Assembly: GCA_021432655.1 (NCBI GenBank)
Contig: MU271395.1
Coordinates: 46,121-66,120 of the forward strand
Reading direction: 5' to 3'
DNA: 20,000 nucleotides
DNA from: Atractiella rhizophila
Lineage: Eukaryota
Below are positions 1 through 10,715 of this stretch, piece after piece. Each line of letters starts with the position of its first letter. Position 1 is the first letter of the stretch. The notes beneath the pieces were generated by a model. The model did not search any database, was not told the origin of the DNA, and saw nothing but the letters and a program-made list of their open reading frames with translations. The translations under genes were made by a program, and so were the position numbers.

Positions 1-935
1 TGTAGGTGCAATGGATATGTAGCTTTTAGGATCTTCTACTCTGATAGATGACGACGTAGAAGGCTCAGAGGTATGCCACTCTTGTAAATCCGGATGTTGG
101 TCAAGGTATTCTTTGAGCCTGTTATGGAAAGGCGAGATGAGCAAAGAGAGCGACGGTGATGGGAGACTAACTTCTGTCGCTCTGTAAGCGTGTTGCTTCG
201 GCTAGCTAGCATTCTGCCCAAGCTACCTATAGTACTGACGATAACCGGGACTCAAAAATTGAAGTAATTGAGGTATTTGCACTCGTTTATGTGTGGTGAT
301 CTCAGAATTTGGAAATGGATGATCGAGTTGTCGGCTTTTACCTGTCATGGAAAAGTATTGCGGATTTCTATGTGGCTAGCATCATTTTTCAATTGCCCAA
401 CCAACTCTACATCCTGATCGATGGACAGCGATGGATGGGCAATCTGTGTCCCTGCAGCTCTTATCTACCCTCTAAAATGATGATACAACATCAGAGGGTA
501 GTAGTAGATTGAAAGTCCACTTTGGCCTCCTTGATTGACTTTACGATTTTGTGATGGGGCTGGAAACCGAAGACTCTCCGGTGCTCTCAGCGCGCAGGAC
601 GAGGATGTTGTCGCCCAATATGTCAGGTACCGAGTTATTCCAAGAACAGGGCTATATTCCAACTACATTCACGCTGCACTCTCCCATTTCCTTGCAAGAC
701 AGTTCAGTTCAAATCGGATCCATAGTATGCTTCCAGGACCAGTTCGATGATCGGTGGCTGCTGCAAATATCATCTGCACATCTGCGGTGCAGGCCCAGGC
801 CAGTCTCCATGTTTTCTGTCATTTTCAATTCCGGCCATGGTAGCCGGATAGCACACTTGTCTCATTCTTCTGTTCATGGTAACGCTTAACATTGACTATA
901 CGAACTATGTCCTGTAATTTTACAATTTCAACTAA

Positions 936-1913
936 TCACAATCCATATTTCGTCGTAAACCCCAAAATTTCCTGGCCAATTTCTTCTGCATGCGTTTCAA
1001 GCGCAAAATGGCCTGTTTCCAACAGCTTGACTTCCACATTCTTCGAGTCCTTCTTGTATGCTTCCGCTCCAGGGGGTAGGAAGAAAGGGTCACCGTTACC
1101 CCAGACCGCGAGAATGGGCACATTACTGCTCCTAAAGTAGTCGTGAAATTTAGGGTAGAGCTTGAGGTTGTTCTGATAGTCGTAAAACAAGTCGAGTTGG
1201 ATCTTCTCTTGCCCCGGTCGCTCCATCAGCGCTTGATCTAGCCAATACGCCTCTGGCTGAATAGTCGAAACGAGAGCAGAAGGGACACCTTGTTCGTACT
1301 GATATTTCGTAGTCTCGAACGCCGTCAGTTTCTTTCCTAGCGCCTCGCGTACTTCGGCACCATTTGTCTCCCAGAGAGGTTTCAGGGAATCCCAGAATTC
1401 AGAGAGACCTATGAAATCACATTCCTTCAATGAGTTATGACCGTTGCAGATTGCAGCCGTACCTTCGTTATACGCGTTTCCGTTCTGCGTCACTATGCCC
1501 AACACGTCCCCGGGCCTTTTCAACGCAATCCTCAACCCTACTGGTGCGCCGTAGTCGAAAATATAAAGAAGGAATTTATTGATTTCCAACTTTTGCAAAA
1601 AGGTTCCAATGGTTTCCGCCAGTGCGTCGAAGGTGTAAACGTAGGAGGAAGGCACAGTCGTGAACCCAAAACCCGGCAGGTCTGGCGCAACAACGTAATA
1701 TTTTTCTGCTAAGATACCTATGAGATGCCTATATTGGTGCGAGGACCTAGAAGTTTCGTTCAAGATCATTTTGCTTGTATTCTCACTGATCACTCACGTT
1801 GGAAAGCCATGAAGAAGCAAGAAGGTAGGATTAGAGGGATTGCCCGCCTTGCGGTAGAACACTTCCGTATCAGGGGACACAGGAACTCTGTGGACTGTAG
1901 TTACTGGTGCCAT
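936..1913 (-). CDS. Alpha/beta-fold hydrolase (epoxide hydrolase/haloalkane dehalogenase-like); exons 1913-1798, 1746-1463, 1408-936
   Basis: Splicing gives MAPVTTVHRVPVSPDTEVFYRKAGNPSNPTFLLLHGFPTSSHQYRHLI...VVAPDLPGFG...IFDYGAPVG...GNAYNEGLSEFW...TGHFALETH. This has the HGFP oxyanion motif, an Asp nucleophile motif (FDYG) and a catalytic His (GHF). Introns are GTGAGT..CTAG (1797-1747) and an in-frame 54-nt GTACGG..ATAG (1462-1409). Confidence 0.93.
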
Positions 1914-1991
1914 CGTTCCTCAATACTTGCGATATATTTTGCTTGATGTCGGGAGTGTTTCAGTTTGTGCGGAACCCATCCATGCTTCCTC

Positions 1992-1998
1992 TTTTATA
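1992..1998 (-). promoter_or_regulatory. TATA box (TATAAAA) of the hydrolase gene
   Basis: The + strand reads ttttata, which is TATAAAA on the - strand, about 80 nt upstream of the ATG at 1913. Confidence 0.5.
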
Positions 1999-2312
1999 GC
2001 CTCAGGCTGCCCAGCATATCCTGTGTTGTCGCAGGGAACACTCTGTACTCCATCTCTATTCACTTCCTCTTCCACTACTCACCTTTCCTCGGTGACAATT
2101 GCGGGAACGGGATGAGTCAGCGGCTGAGAACTTCGCTCTCCTCAATTGGCGCTGAGAGGTTGCAGCAGTACCTTTAAGTTCTTCGGCTGTTGGTCAATGT
2201 TGGTCGCTCCACACTCTTTGCATACGCTGGATTAAAGAGAGACCAGTTCGTCAAGCAAGAGATCGCGACAGTTACTGTTTTTGGTGATCGGTGTGCGGGA
2301 GGCATTCCGAGC

Positions 2313-2975
2313 GGTCACTGTTCTGGGTTACCCTACACTTCATTGAGCTTCATCGATGCTTCATCTTCATCTTCAGACTTGACCTCAAAACTTCCAACTC
2401 CCGACCTCCCGCTTAATCTGCTAATCGATATGAATCGATGTCAAATGCCAAATCTTTCAATTCAGCCTGTTGGGATGGGGTGAAATGGATGAAGCATGAA
2501 GCAATTCAAATTGCATGTGCCCTCAGATTCTTCTGAGCTTCGACCATTGGGCGGAGCAATTCACGTATTTCATGTCTGGCTGAATGTCTTTTAGCGCTCA
2601 CCCCCGGGTTAAGGACTGGGTTATTCTGAAAGGCGTGTGGGTGAGGTCACTGTACTGGGTTACCTACACTTCATTGAGCTTCATCGACGCTTCATCGTCA
2701 TCTTCAGACTTGACCTCAAAACTTCCAACTCCCGACCTCCCGCTTAATCTGCTAATCGATATGAATCGATGTCAAATGCCAAATCTTTCAATTCAGCCTG
2801 TAGGGATGGGATGAAATGGATGAAGCATGAAGCAATTCAAATTGCATGTGCCCTCAGATTCTTCTGAGCTTCGACCATTGCGCGGAGCAATTCACGTATT
2901 TCATGTCTGGCTGAATGTCTTTTAGCGCTCACACCCGGGTTAAGGACTGGGTTATTCTGAAAAGCGTGTGGGTGA
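2313..2975. repeat. Direct tandem duplication, two copies of about 331 bp (2313-2644 and 2645-2975)
   Basis: Both copies start ggtcactgt and end gcgtgtgggtga. By eye they differ by about 8 substitutions and one 1-nt indel. The ORF track shows the same peptide (YTSLSFIDASSSSSDLTSKLPTPDL...) twice. Confidence 0.95.
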
Positions 2976-4419
2976 TGAGTCGAGCACTTTTGACATTGTT
3001 TGATAGGGATTACAGTAAGCTAAGTAATCCGAGGAGCAAACAGGAGACGCTGATTGTCATTTTTGGCCGCCATTTTGCTCTCAAGCAGATGAAAATGTCA
3101 AGATATCTAGAGTGCCCTCATTGCAGCAATGAAGGATCGTTTTCGGCCCTTGCCTGGGATCACCTTGATTCCTTCTGGTCTGTCTGGGCTGACTGCGCCA
3201 TGGTGGCCAGACTGCGGTGACGTGAACGTTTCAAGCTTTCGCGCATGAGACTTTCAGAGCACCCTGACTGAAGGTTATGTGGTCTTTTTGAGTCGTTGAA
3301 TGGTGCAGAGCTGGCGCACTGACTCTGAATTCATGAGCTGTTCTTTTGGTCTCGTTTCTTACTTTCCCTTCCATTTCCTCATACGACATGTTGAACACCA
3401 ACAGCGATGTGAATACAAAGGCTCTCATTGCGAATCTGAAAGATGCTCGATTTCAGATCGACCCCAAGTCAATGGTATTCGGGAGCGCCAGCTCCATTTT
3501 GGAAATACAGGTGATTGGAGGGAGATGGAAGATAGAAAATACCAAAATGAAGGAAGCACTGACAACAGCGGGAAAGGTGGCTCATTATCTCTTTCCCAGG
3601 CTTTCTCTCTCAAGGTCCTGGATCGTGATTACAATAATGATTGATGTGGCAGGGATGTGCGGAAAGAAATGAAATAGACGGAAGATACAGGAACTGTCCA
3701 ACATTTTATGTTGGGGTGAAATGAAGTGCTAGTTTATCAGTTATCCGAGCACTTTCAACCCTTGGACCCCCCAAACCTAGCACAGTACTGACACCATAAA
3801 GGGTCACCTCCTCTTCGTCGCGACTGTTGCGACTGGGAGGTCTGGAAAAGAGTCCCAGCCCAGGATCACGGAGAGTCATCCGAGAACCTTATAGTATCTA
3901 GATCTGGCCTGGCCTGTGTTTCAATCAAAAAAGCCCGCGTCCACAGTCAAGGACCCTGTCTCAAGTCCCCAGTCTCCCTCAGCAAAACGACCAGCACAGA
4001 ACACCTTTAGCTACGTCCAGCGCGTTCAACAAACTCCAAAGGTCTGGGGAGCGCAGGAAATTGTTCGACCGGTTTCCGTTTCCAAGTTTGAGAAGAAGAC
4101 TCCGACGCGGACTTGGTTCCTCCCGAGCGCAAGTCTCAAGAGCGTAGAAAAATTCTAGGCTTCGGCTTCAAGATTGTTGCAGGCTGATTTTGGATCCTTT
4201 GATAGCGTTTAAGATTGGGCGTTGGTGAGTTGAACGCGCTTTCCGAACTTGTTTACGTTAGAAGGGGAGGAGTGTCGTTTCTTTCATCTTTCATCTGCCA
4301 TCTGAAGTAGCCTGGAGCTGGACTTCAGCGTTCGATTATCTTTATCATCCTCTTTGCATCCTATGCAACTAGCTGCAGGTGACTGACTACCATTGATTCC
4401 CGTTATTCCTCACGTCTAG

Positions 4420-5062
4420 AACGACGAAATGTCCATTCACAGCTCTCCGTCTTCCTCTTCTCTTCGAGGTGCCGAGAGTCAGAAATCGAAGAACGAGGAA
4501 GGAGAAGATCCAATGACCTCAAAGGATAACACTCTCAAAGCCTCTCAAGTTCGAAAGCTTTCCCTTGGGCCGAGTCCTCAACCTCAACCTCTTCCTGCTC
4601 CCATCCAGTTTCGAAGCCTTCAACAAATTGATTTCGAAGAACCAGCTTCCTCTAGCGTTACCACCGTCAAGATGGCCATCGTGGACTCTCCCCAAAGTCT
4701 ACCTCCCTCAGAACTACCCACGAGACCTACTTCGTTCGCAGACAGCCCTGTAACGGCTGAAGGCGCGACTGGAATATTGGACCTCTATGATTTCAAATCA
4801 GAAGAGGGAGATCTAGCTGCTGAGATGGAAGGGCTTTGGGATAGGAGCATGGAGAATCAGGCTAACGTGGATGCAAGGGAGCATTCTGCTGCGGGTGAGC
4901 ACCTGTTCACTTACGTTTTGTTGTGGCTGGAAAGGCTGGTCGTCTGAGCCGTTAGCATCCAATATCAGAAACCTCGCCATTGGGGCTATTGCTATTTTGT
5001 CATTTGTCGTCCATAAGACGTTTCGAGCTTTTCTCGAGGCTTTGTTCGGCCCTTCTTTATGA
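4420..5062 (+). CDS. Hypothetical Ser/Pro-rich protein with hydrophobic C-terminus; 5' end uncertain
   Basis: The 172-aa ORF at 4429-4947 has a phase-1 intron GTGAGC..TTAG (4895-4955) that splices in frame to ASNIRNLAIGAIAILSFVVHKTFRAFLEALFGPSL*. An acceptor (ctag at 4419) lies in frame just before the ATG, suggesting further upstream exons. No family recognised. Confidence 0.45.
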
Positions 5063-5661
5063 ATGCGCAGTTATATAGGGTCTAGGTCGGACTATCACTT
5101 GCACCTTGGCATTATCCTGCTTTTCTCAGTGCCGTGCCACCTCGCTTTCTGTTTTTGGCGTGTGACGGTGATGATGAAAGCATCAAAGAAAGAGGCAGTT
5201 CAAACCTACCCTCGATCACCGCTTGTGCATGTGAAGCGGGCGGGTTTGGTTCCGCAGTTCGGTGCGGAGGGAGGGAGACGAGTGTCGTGCGTTTGTCCGT
5301 CTCGGTTGTATCGAGGCGGAGGAGAGATGAAACCGACTCAAGGAGCGATCATGGTTTCCACGTTGAATGATTGATGACAAGTTGTAAAAAAAGCATGGCA
5401 TAGAACAACGAAGAGGAGGATCTCATCCGAGGATCTGCACTCTTATGATATCCTTTGTCTCTACTTCCCTTTTCCTCCCCCTCCAGCTCCAAATCTGTTG
5501 AATACCCACAGAGCACCTTAATATCTTTCCGTTTTGTCTCGGTTCGGCAAGAAGGAACCTGGATGTTCTAACTCACTTGTCGTCAACTTGCAGGTCCCTA
5601 CCAACAGGCTTCCTCTACGTCTCGAAGCAGTCCCACCCCCCAATTATCAGACCCTCATCGA

Positions 5662-6554
5662 ATGGCCTCACTCTCGACCAAACGCTCCTACTCAGCTCTC
5701 TCTAATAACAGCATAACCCCTACCCCTCCAACTACAAGTAAAGTCCCTTCCAATCCTGCCTCGCCGGGCTTGGGAGCAACAGCCTCTTCCCCGTGGTTAA
5801 CGTCGAGCACCGCTCACCACCCGAATACGTTGAAGAGCAAGATGTCAGCCACCTCCCTCAGGTCCATCCCCGAAGGCGCTTACCTGCCCAACGAAGCCTC
5901 AGCTGGCGGAAGTCCGCTCTCTCCTTCCGCCTCGTACCAGTCATTGTCGTACGAGAACCATCCCTTTGCCAGACCCCGGGCTGGTATCACACCTGAGCTT
6001 TCGTCAGGCAGTTCCTCCAGCCGGGCTAGTAGCAGCCTTTTCAGCCCAAGCAGCGCTGTGAGGAGCAGTGTTCATTCCACGGATGGGGAAACCGACGATT
6101 CGCAGAATCTTAATAAGAGAACCGTCTATTCAGATTGGATCCCCCCAGCTGGATCACAGCCCTCCTCCGTTAATTATCACAGTCAAGAGGGTTCTATCGG
6201 CGAGGCGGAGGAGGCTCGTCAGGATGGCACTGGCATGGTCGGTCTTGGTATCACCTCGGATGAGGCGGTGGAAAAGGCAGATGATGGCCAAAGAGTTTCT
6301 GCTCAACGGAGAAGGGGTTGGTCGTTGTCCCAGACGGGGGGGATGACCGCTTTGGATATGAGGAGAGCAAGCATTCGCGGTGGATTATCTCAACCACAGC
6401 TCAAGACATTGCAAGCTAGGTTGGAGAAAGCCGAAGAGCAAGCTTTAGGGAAATCTGGATATATTCCGGTCCCCTCATCGAATCTGCAGCCCCTTTTATC
6501 TCCTTTCGTCGAGATGCCGAACGAGAAAGAGTACGACTTCCCGCCGACGATCCC
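5662..6554 (+). CDS. 5' part (true N-terminus) of the LRR-RhoGEF-PH gene, cut off by the N gap
   Basis: ATG at 5662 opens a Ser/Pro-rich ORF that runs to the gap. 5887-6554 is nearly identical to 10716-11383, which continues into LRR, DH and PH domains. Confidence 0.85.
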
Positions 6555-6579
6555 NNNNNNNNNNNNNNNNNNNNNNNNN
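6555..6579. other. Assembly gap (25 N)
   Basis: Run of 25 n characters. Confidence 1.
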
Positions 6580-8011
6580 ATTTGTATGGGCACGGATAGG
6601 CGCCAGGTACCGCCAACTTCTATCCTTGACCACCTTGTAAGTCCTCGAATGGAAGGGGACCACGAGTTACCCGAGGTAGAGGACCCTGTGGGTGTTGACC
6701 TGTTCCGTGATGATACAGAGGCTAAGGAAGTCAACCGAAGGCTGAGGAAAGCTTTAAAGACTTCTACCCTTCAGCACGTTCTATAGTTCGATGTAGTTAT
6801 TAGACCTGGGCTTCTTCATAAGACTTCAGATATTTCACGAGCTCCTGTAGAAGGGAGCAAAGTATGGATACAAACTTTCTCAGAATAGCCTGAATCTCCT
6901 CCGGCACTAGTTCGCCCACCGCCTACCCACATCGCTCTGAGCCAGCCTGCTTCTTCTGCTTCTTCTGCTTCTTCCGCTTCTTCTGCTTTTTCTATTGCTA
7001 CTATTGGTGCTACTAAGACGCCTCCTCCTCTTTCTTCCACTTCTACCACCCCTTCTTCGCAGTCGCGGTGGAGGACGTCGAGGTCGAGCGTTTTCGGAGC
7101 CGCCAAGCCGGGAGCGCGTAATAAAGCTTCCTTCTTGTTCATCTCATGCCAGAGGCGGTAACCCTGGAGTTTATACAGTTCTTTCGACGAGTCCGCCTCC
7201 AGAGGCTACACCCACTTATAGGAAGTCTACCGCAAGTGCGTGCCGTCAAACGGTTGAAAGGTTGACATAGCGAAGCGCCCTAGTGCGAGTTTCAGTAACA
7301 GTTCGAACGCTTGTAGGATGAGTGCGGCCTTTTCGGCTGTATACTACCCCCTTTTACCGTGCATCTCCCATACTCCTTGCTCCGGTAGCAGAGCTGACCA
7401 TAGATAATAATGCTTCTTCTCTTGTAATGCCTCTCGTTCAACTCGAAATCTGCCCGCCACCTACTCCAATCAAGAAAGGAAGGCATAAGATATTCGAACA
7501 CAGTCACGATTAATCGCTTGACTTTTCGGACTTCTAATAGGTGTCTCGCTGTGCCGTCGTCACTACCGGCTCATGCGGAACGCTCCCAGACAGAAAGAGG
7601 AGAGAAGGGAGGAATGGAGGGAGTTTGACACATGTCACTACCTGGCGATTTGGTTGGGGACCCTTCACACCAGTGGTTTTTGTCCCCTCTACGTAGCGGA
7701 AGGGATTGATGTTAGTTGTGACGCAGAGAAGAAAGAGAGAGTAGCTGGGCTGGTTTGGTCCTGTAGCGTTTTATAACCAGAAGAAGGAGCAGCTAGGATG
7801 ATTTCTATTTCAGGGACTATGGAGGTAGCAGGGTGGGGTCGTTCGTCTAACCATATGGGGGCTTCTTAACTTCCTCCAACCTCCTGTTGCTTTCCGAAGC
7901 TTTCTCCTCCGTATATTCACCTCCGACCTCAACTACCTACTCGCATCGCTGAAACACGTGTTCTTGCTACTCAACCAAAAATTACACCCAAAGTTATACA
8001 CACTCGTAACT
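6580..8011. CDS. 3' part of the DUF4246 gene, readable only as the complement of the + strand in the left-to-right direction (minus strand once the block is un-reversed)
   Basis: The complement translates as KHTRAY...SDSFSWLPTPFEISEDGKSCKISSYINNLDPKKYSEVYKVLEDIFPRFIPMFERVLSDL...LRGITLKVIVKLANILLTPEKPTYDGGKWHVEGMRNEAIVSTGIYYYEEENITESKLSFRR...GRCIAFPNYNQHCVSSFSLIDPTKPGHRKILVFFLVDP...FNMCEH*. GT-AG introns lie at 7467-7527 and 7587-7636. About three single-base frameshifts fall at homopolymers. Confidence 0.92.
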
Positions 8012-8148
8012 CGCGACGCAACCCGCCAACTTAGCTTCAACTCGTAAACTGGTACACTTTGGACTACCTAATTCAGAACATGACAATCTGTTGTAGAACC
8101 CTTTATTTAATGTTACGCATAGTAAGACAGTCGGTTTTTCGTTGAACT

Positions 8149-9069
8149 AGTTAGTTCCTGAAGTTAGAAGCAAGGAAAAAAGGGTTGAGGTTAAGGAGGA
8201 GATCAAGGCAAGAGTGGAGGTCGGTGAAGACGACGAAGGTTGGTAGATTTTGTGGTTCCTTTTTGAGCTGAAAGAAAGAGAGGGAGAGGGAAAAGAGTAG
8301 ATGGTAGGTCGAGGTATAGAGCGGGTTAGGAGACGCACGCGCAAGGAAAACGAGCTCATTAGCCATCTCCAGCCACTCCTCCTCTACCTCGTCGACTAGA
8401 AGCCACTAAACACGATACCTCGCCTTCCTCCTCTACCGCTTAAAATCTCTCGGTACCTCCCACGCCAGCCACCTCCTCTTCTCCTTCCCTCGCTCACCCG
8501 CGTCCTCCCCTCCCTCCCCCTCCCTCTACTCGCCACCTATATTTGTATTGTGTTAGACAGGTGGCGTCAGCCAGTCATTCACGAAGCTGCACCATCGTTC
8601 CTTCTTCATGTTATGCATCTCCTATAACATACAATTTACTCCTCGGAGCGCAAGGTTTTAGCGTAGGTAAGGAAGTCCGCTTCTCAACCTGCGAAGGGAA
8701 GAAATAGCAGTTGGGTGGTTCCGAGGTTAAGGAGGGAGAGGAGAGGTCTTCGAAGGCGTTGAGGAGGAGGGGCCGACTCAGAGGACTATCGTAAGCGAGG
8801 GTGGAGAGGGAGAGGAGGAAGCTTTCGTAAGGATCTTCGAGGAGGAGTCAAGGGGGGATAAAGGTGGAGAGCGAGAAGAGGTAGCGGAAGACTAGGGCTT
8901 AGGCTCTTCGCAGGAGCTTAAAAGAAGTTCTATAAGTAGTAGCGGTGGAAGAGGAGAAAGCAGGAAAACGGTAGCAAGAGTTAAAGGGCGCGATAACTTA
9001 GAGCTATCTTTAAGAGACTCGTGAACTCTACAAAGAGAGGGAACTTTGTTCGCTCTCTCGTCATCCCCT
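8149..9069. repeat. Mirror-image copy of the zf-HIT gene 3' part (equivalent to 19103 to about 22 nt past the window end)
   Basis: The reversed sequence matches 19103-20000 and extends it with ...GTKIEVLD* (stop at mirrored 8151-8149). Confidence 0.93.
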
Positions 9070-9664
9070 TATACGATAGGGTAAAGTGACGGATGGACAA
9101 GATTTAGGACTTGATTGTCCGAACGCGGATGCCAATCCTTCTCAGATTCTGGAAGATCTTCGAGTGGGCGAAGGGAGGAGATGAGGGCGGAGCGCGTGGC
9201 GGAAGGTATCAACAAATCGCTCTGCCAGATCCCGTCGATACAGGAAACCTCAATGCCATCTTCGGCTCGAAGTCTGTCGTACTCCTACGGAAACAGATGA
9301 GACAACTTACAAATCAAAGAAAAGAACGAACCTCCAATTCCTTTAGCACCCAGTCGACGGCTGCAGCGCTTAGCTTTCGCTTGATGTAGGCTACAGGTAT
9401 CTCTTGTTCTAAGGCTTCCTCTTTCCACTTCTCGCGGATCGTCTCGTCCTTGTATTTCTGTGTCACAAGGGTTTCAGTCTGGAACCGTTCTTGTGAGAGA
9501 GGTCTTACCTCCCACCATTGCGGTTTGGAGCGAATTGAAGCAGACAAGAAACACATCCTCAGCTCAGTGGTCGAAAAGAGTGAGTTAGATCCCCCAGTGA
9601 AGGGGTTTGGATATTCCTTCGGCGCATTTGGGCCGCTTGGGTCTTCATCCGAGTAGTCTGACAT
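9070..9664 (-). CDS. DUF4246 family protein, 5' part; exons 9664-9509, 9457-9332, 9284-9070
   Basis: Translation is MSDYSDEDP...ELRMCFLSASIRSKPQWWEKYKDETIREKWKEEA...AVDWVLKELEEYDRL...IDGIWQSDLLIP...LEDLPESEKDWHPRSDNQVLNLVHPSLYPIV(Y). The IRxKPxWWxK and DWHPxSxxxVLxLVHPSLYP motifs are typical of DUF4246. Introns are canonical (9508-9458, 9331-9285). Confidence 0.9.
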
Positions 9665-10330
9665 CGCAATCAATGAGGTGCTGATTCTGGGATCTTCTCC
9701 CTTTTAAGGACACACAAAGAGAAGGATGAGTCCTATGACTGCTGTTGAGCGGACGTTCGGCTGAAGGAGCATGTTGCACTACTATGCGCGTGGACTTACT
9801 GCTGTATAGTTCAATATTGAAACAAATCAGAGCAGACGTTGCGCAGAAGACGCGAAGTAAGTCTTGATTGCTGTTTGAACCAGGGAGTTGACAATTTGTC
9901 GACTATGAACTGGATCAATCAACACAATTTTAAGGTAATGTTAATGTTAAAGCGCTATATACCTAGTTTTTATGAACCCCTCCAACTTATCGATGGGAAG
10001 GGACAAGCGATCTTGGAAGTAAACTTGAAGTGATGGAGTTGGAAGGGAGAACTACCAAGTCCGGAAATTTGGTGGGCGGAGTGGGACAAACTGCCCTGGT
10101 GTAACTCTTGTGCTGTCAATATCAATTAAGTCTTACTGCTCAGCAAGTTGTTTTGAGTGTTTTGACATTCGATTTATTTCCTTGCCTAGTATGTATGGTG
10201 AACGTTGCAACTGCCGATTCGGCGAACTGCCATGCCATCTCCGAAGTGAGGGATGGATGCGATTGTGTTTCGTGTTGTCTAAAACCTGCAATTACAAATA
10301 ATCAGATTGTACTGCAGCGTGAATGATCAA

Positions 10331-10715
10331 TCAATCAATCAAATCGTTGTATATGTGGAAAGGCTGGTTAAAACCATCGAATCCGAATCGTGCTTCTGCC
10401 TGACTTCACTTCTTTCATCCATCAACTTCAACCTCCACTGCTCCTTCGAAACCTGTCTTTGTCTATCAACCTCCTTCAACTCTTCCGGAGTATACTTATA
10501 CTAATCCTCCTGCTGAGTAGGAATGATGGATGTATCAGGACTTCGGTCGCTGTAGGATCGACAAGGAAGAAGACCAAATGTTATATAGTCGAAAATGGGA
10601 AAGGCGATACATCTTCCCTCTTTGGTCATCACGCTTCTGAGAGGCTGTTTGAGTCGGCCATCCCTGTGACTGGAGTGTAAGGAGGAGGACGGAGGAGAAG
10701 GGGGTGCGAATTTTA
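10331..10715 (-). pseudogene. Degenerate DUF4246 paralog fragment (last exon plus part of the preceding intron)
   Basis: After a ...gtcacag acceptor it reads DGRLKQPLRSVMTKEGRCIAFP..LVFFLVDPT..PDTSIIPTQQED*YKYTPEELKEVDRQRQVSKEQWRLKLMDERSE. This is collinear with the last exon of the intact gene (DGPLNQPLGSVVTKQGRCIAFP...PDTSIVPPQQADWYTPEELKEV...WRLELMDERSD) but has an internal deletion, frameshifts and a Trp-to-TAG stop. Confidence 0.85.

Larger units (their letters stand above)
6580..9069. other. 2.49 kb block reversed but not complemented (mirror-image sequence)
   Basis: Reading 9069 towards 8171 gives tcccctactgctctctcgcttgtttcaagggagagaaac...aaaaaaggaac, matching 19103-20000 apart from small, mostly homopolymer indels. 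The complement of 6580 onward encodes DUF4246. Confidence 0.97.

Noticed and set aside
1..900. Possible gene on + with intron-like GT..AG segments and short ORFs (309-512, 535-750, 551-889)
   Set aside because: I could not build a consistent spliced frame or recognise a domain; it may be a decayed gene but is unsupported.
2980..3700. ORFs 2915-3220, 3300-3644 and 3346-3672
   Set aside because: They are short and overlapping, with no recognisable motifs or convincing exon structure.
5662..6786. 374-aa ORF running through the N gap
   Set aside because: It is chimeric; residues after the gap come from the reversed block and are meaningless.
6945..6990. (TCTTCTGCT)n microsatellite
   Set aside because: It is the complement of GAA GAA GAC codons encoding the acidic tract of DUF4246.
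6580..7600. RIP-degraded transposon or pseudogene, suggested by many TAA/TAG stops on both strands
   Set aside because: The stops are a by-product of reading mirror-reversed DNA; the complement reading is a clean DUF4246 coding sequence.
6816..8366. ORF-track proteins inside the mirror block (e.g. 6816-7142 with EEA repeats, 7292-7507, 8147-8359)
   Set aside because: They are chance frames in reversed sequence.
8171..9069. Inverted repeat or H-DNA mirror element pairing with 19103-20000
   Set aside because: It is not a reverse complement, so it cannot be an inversion. It is too long, of mixed composition and too far from its partner to be a triplex-forming mirror repeat.
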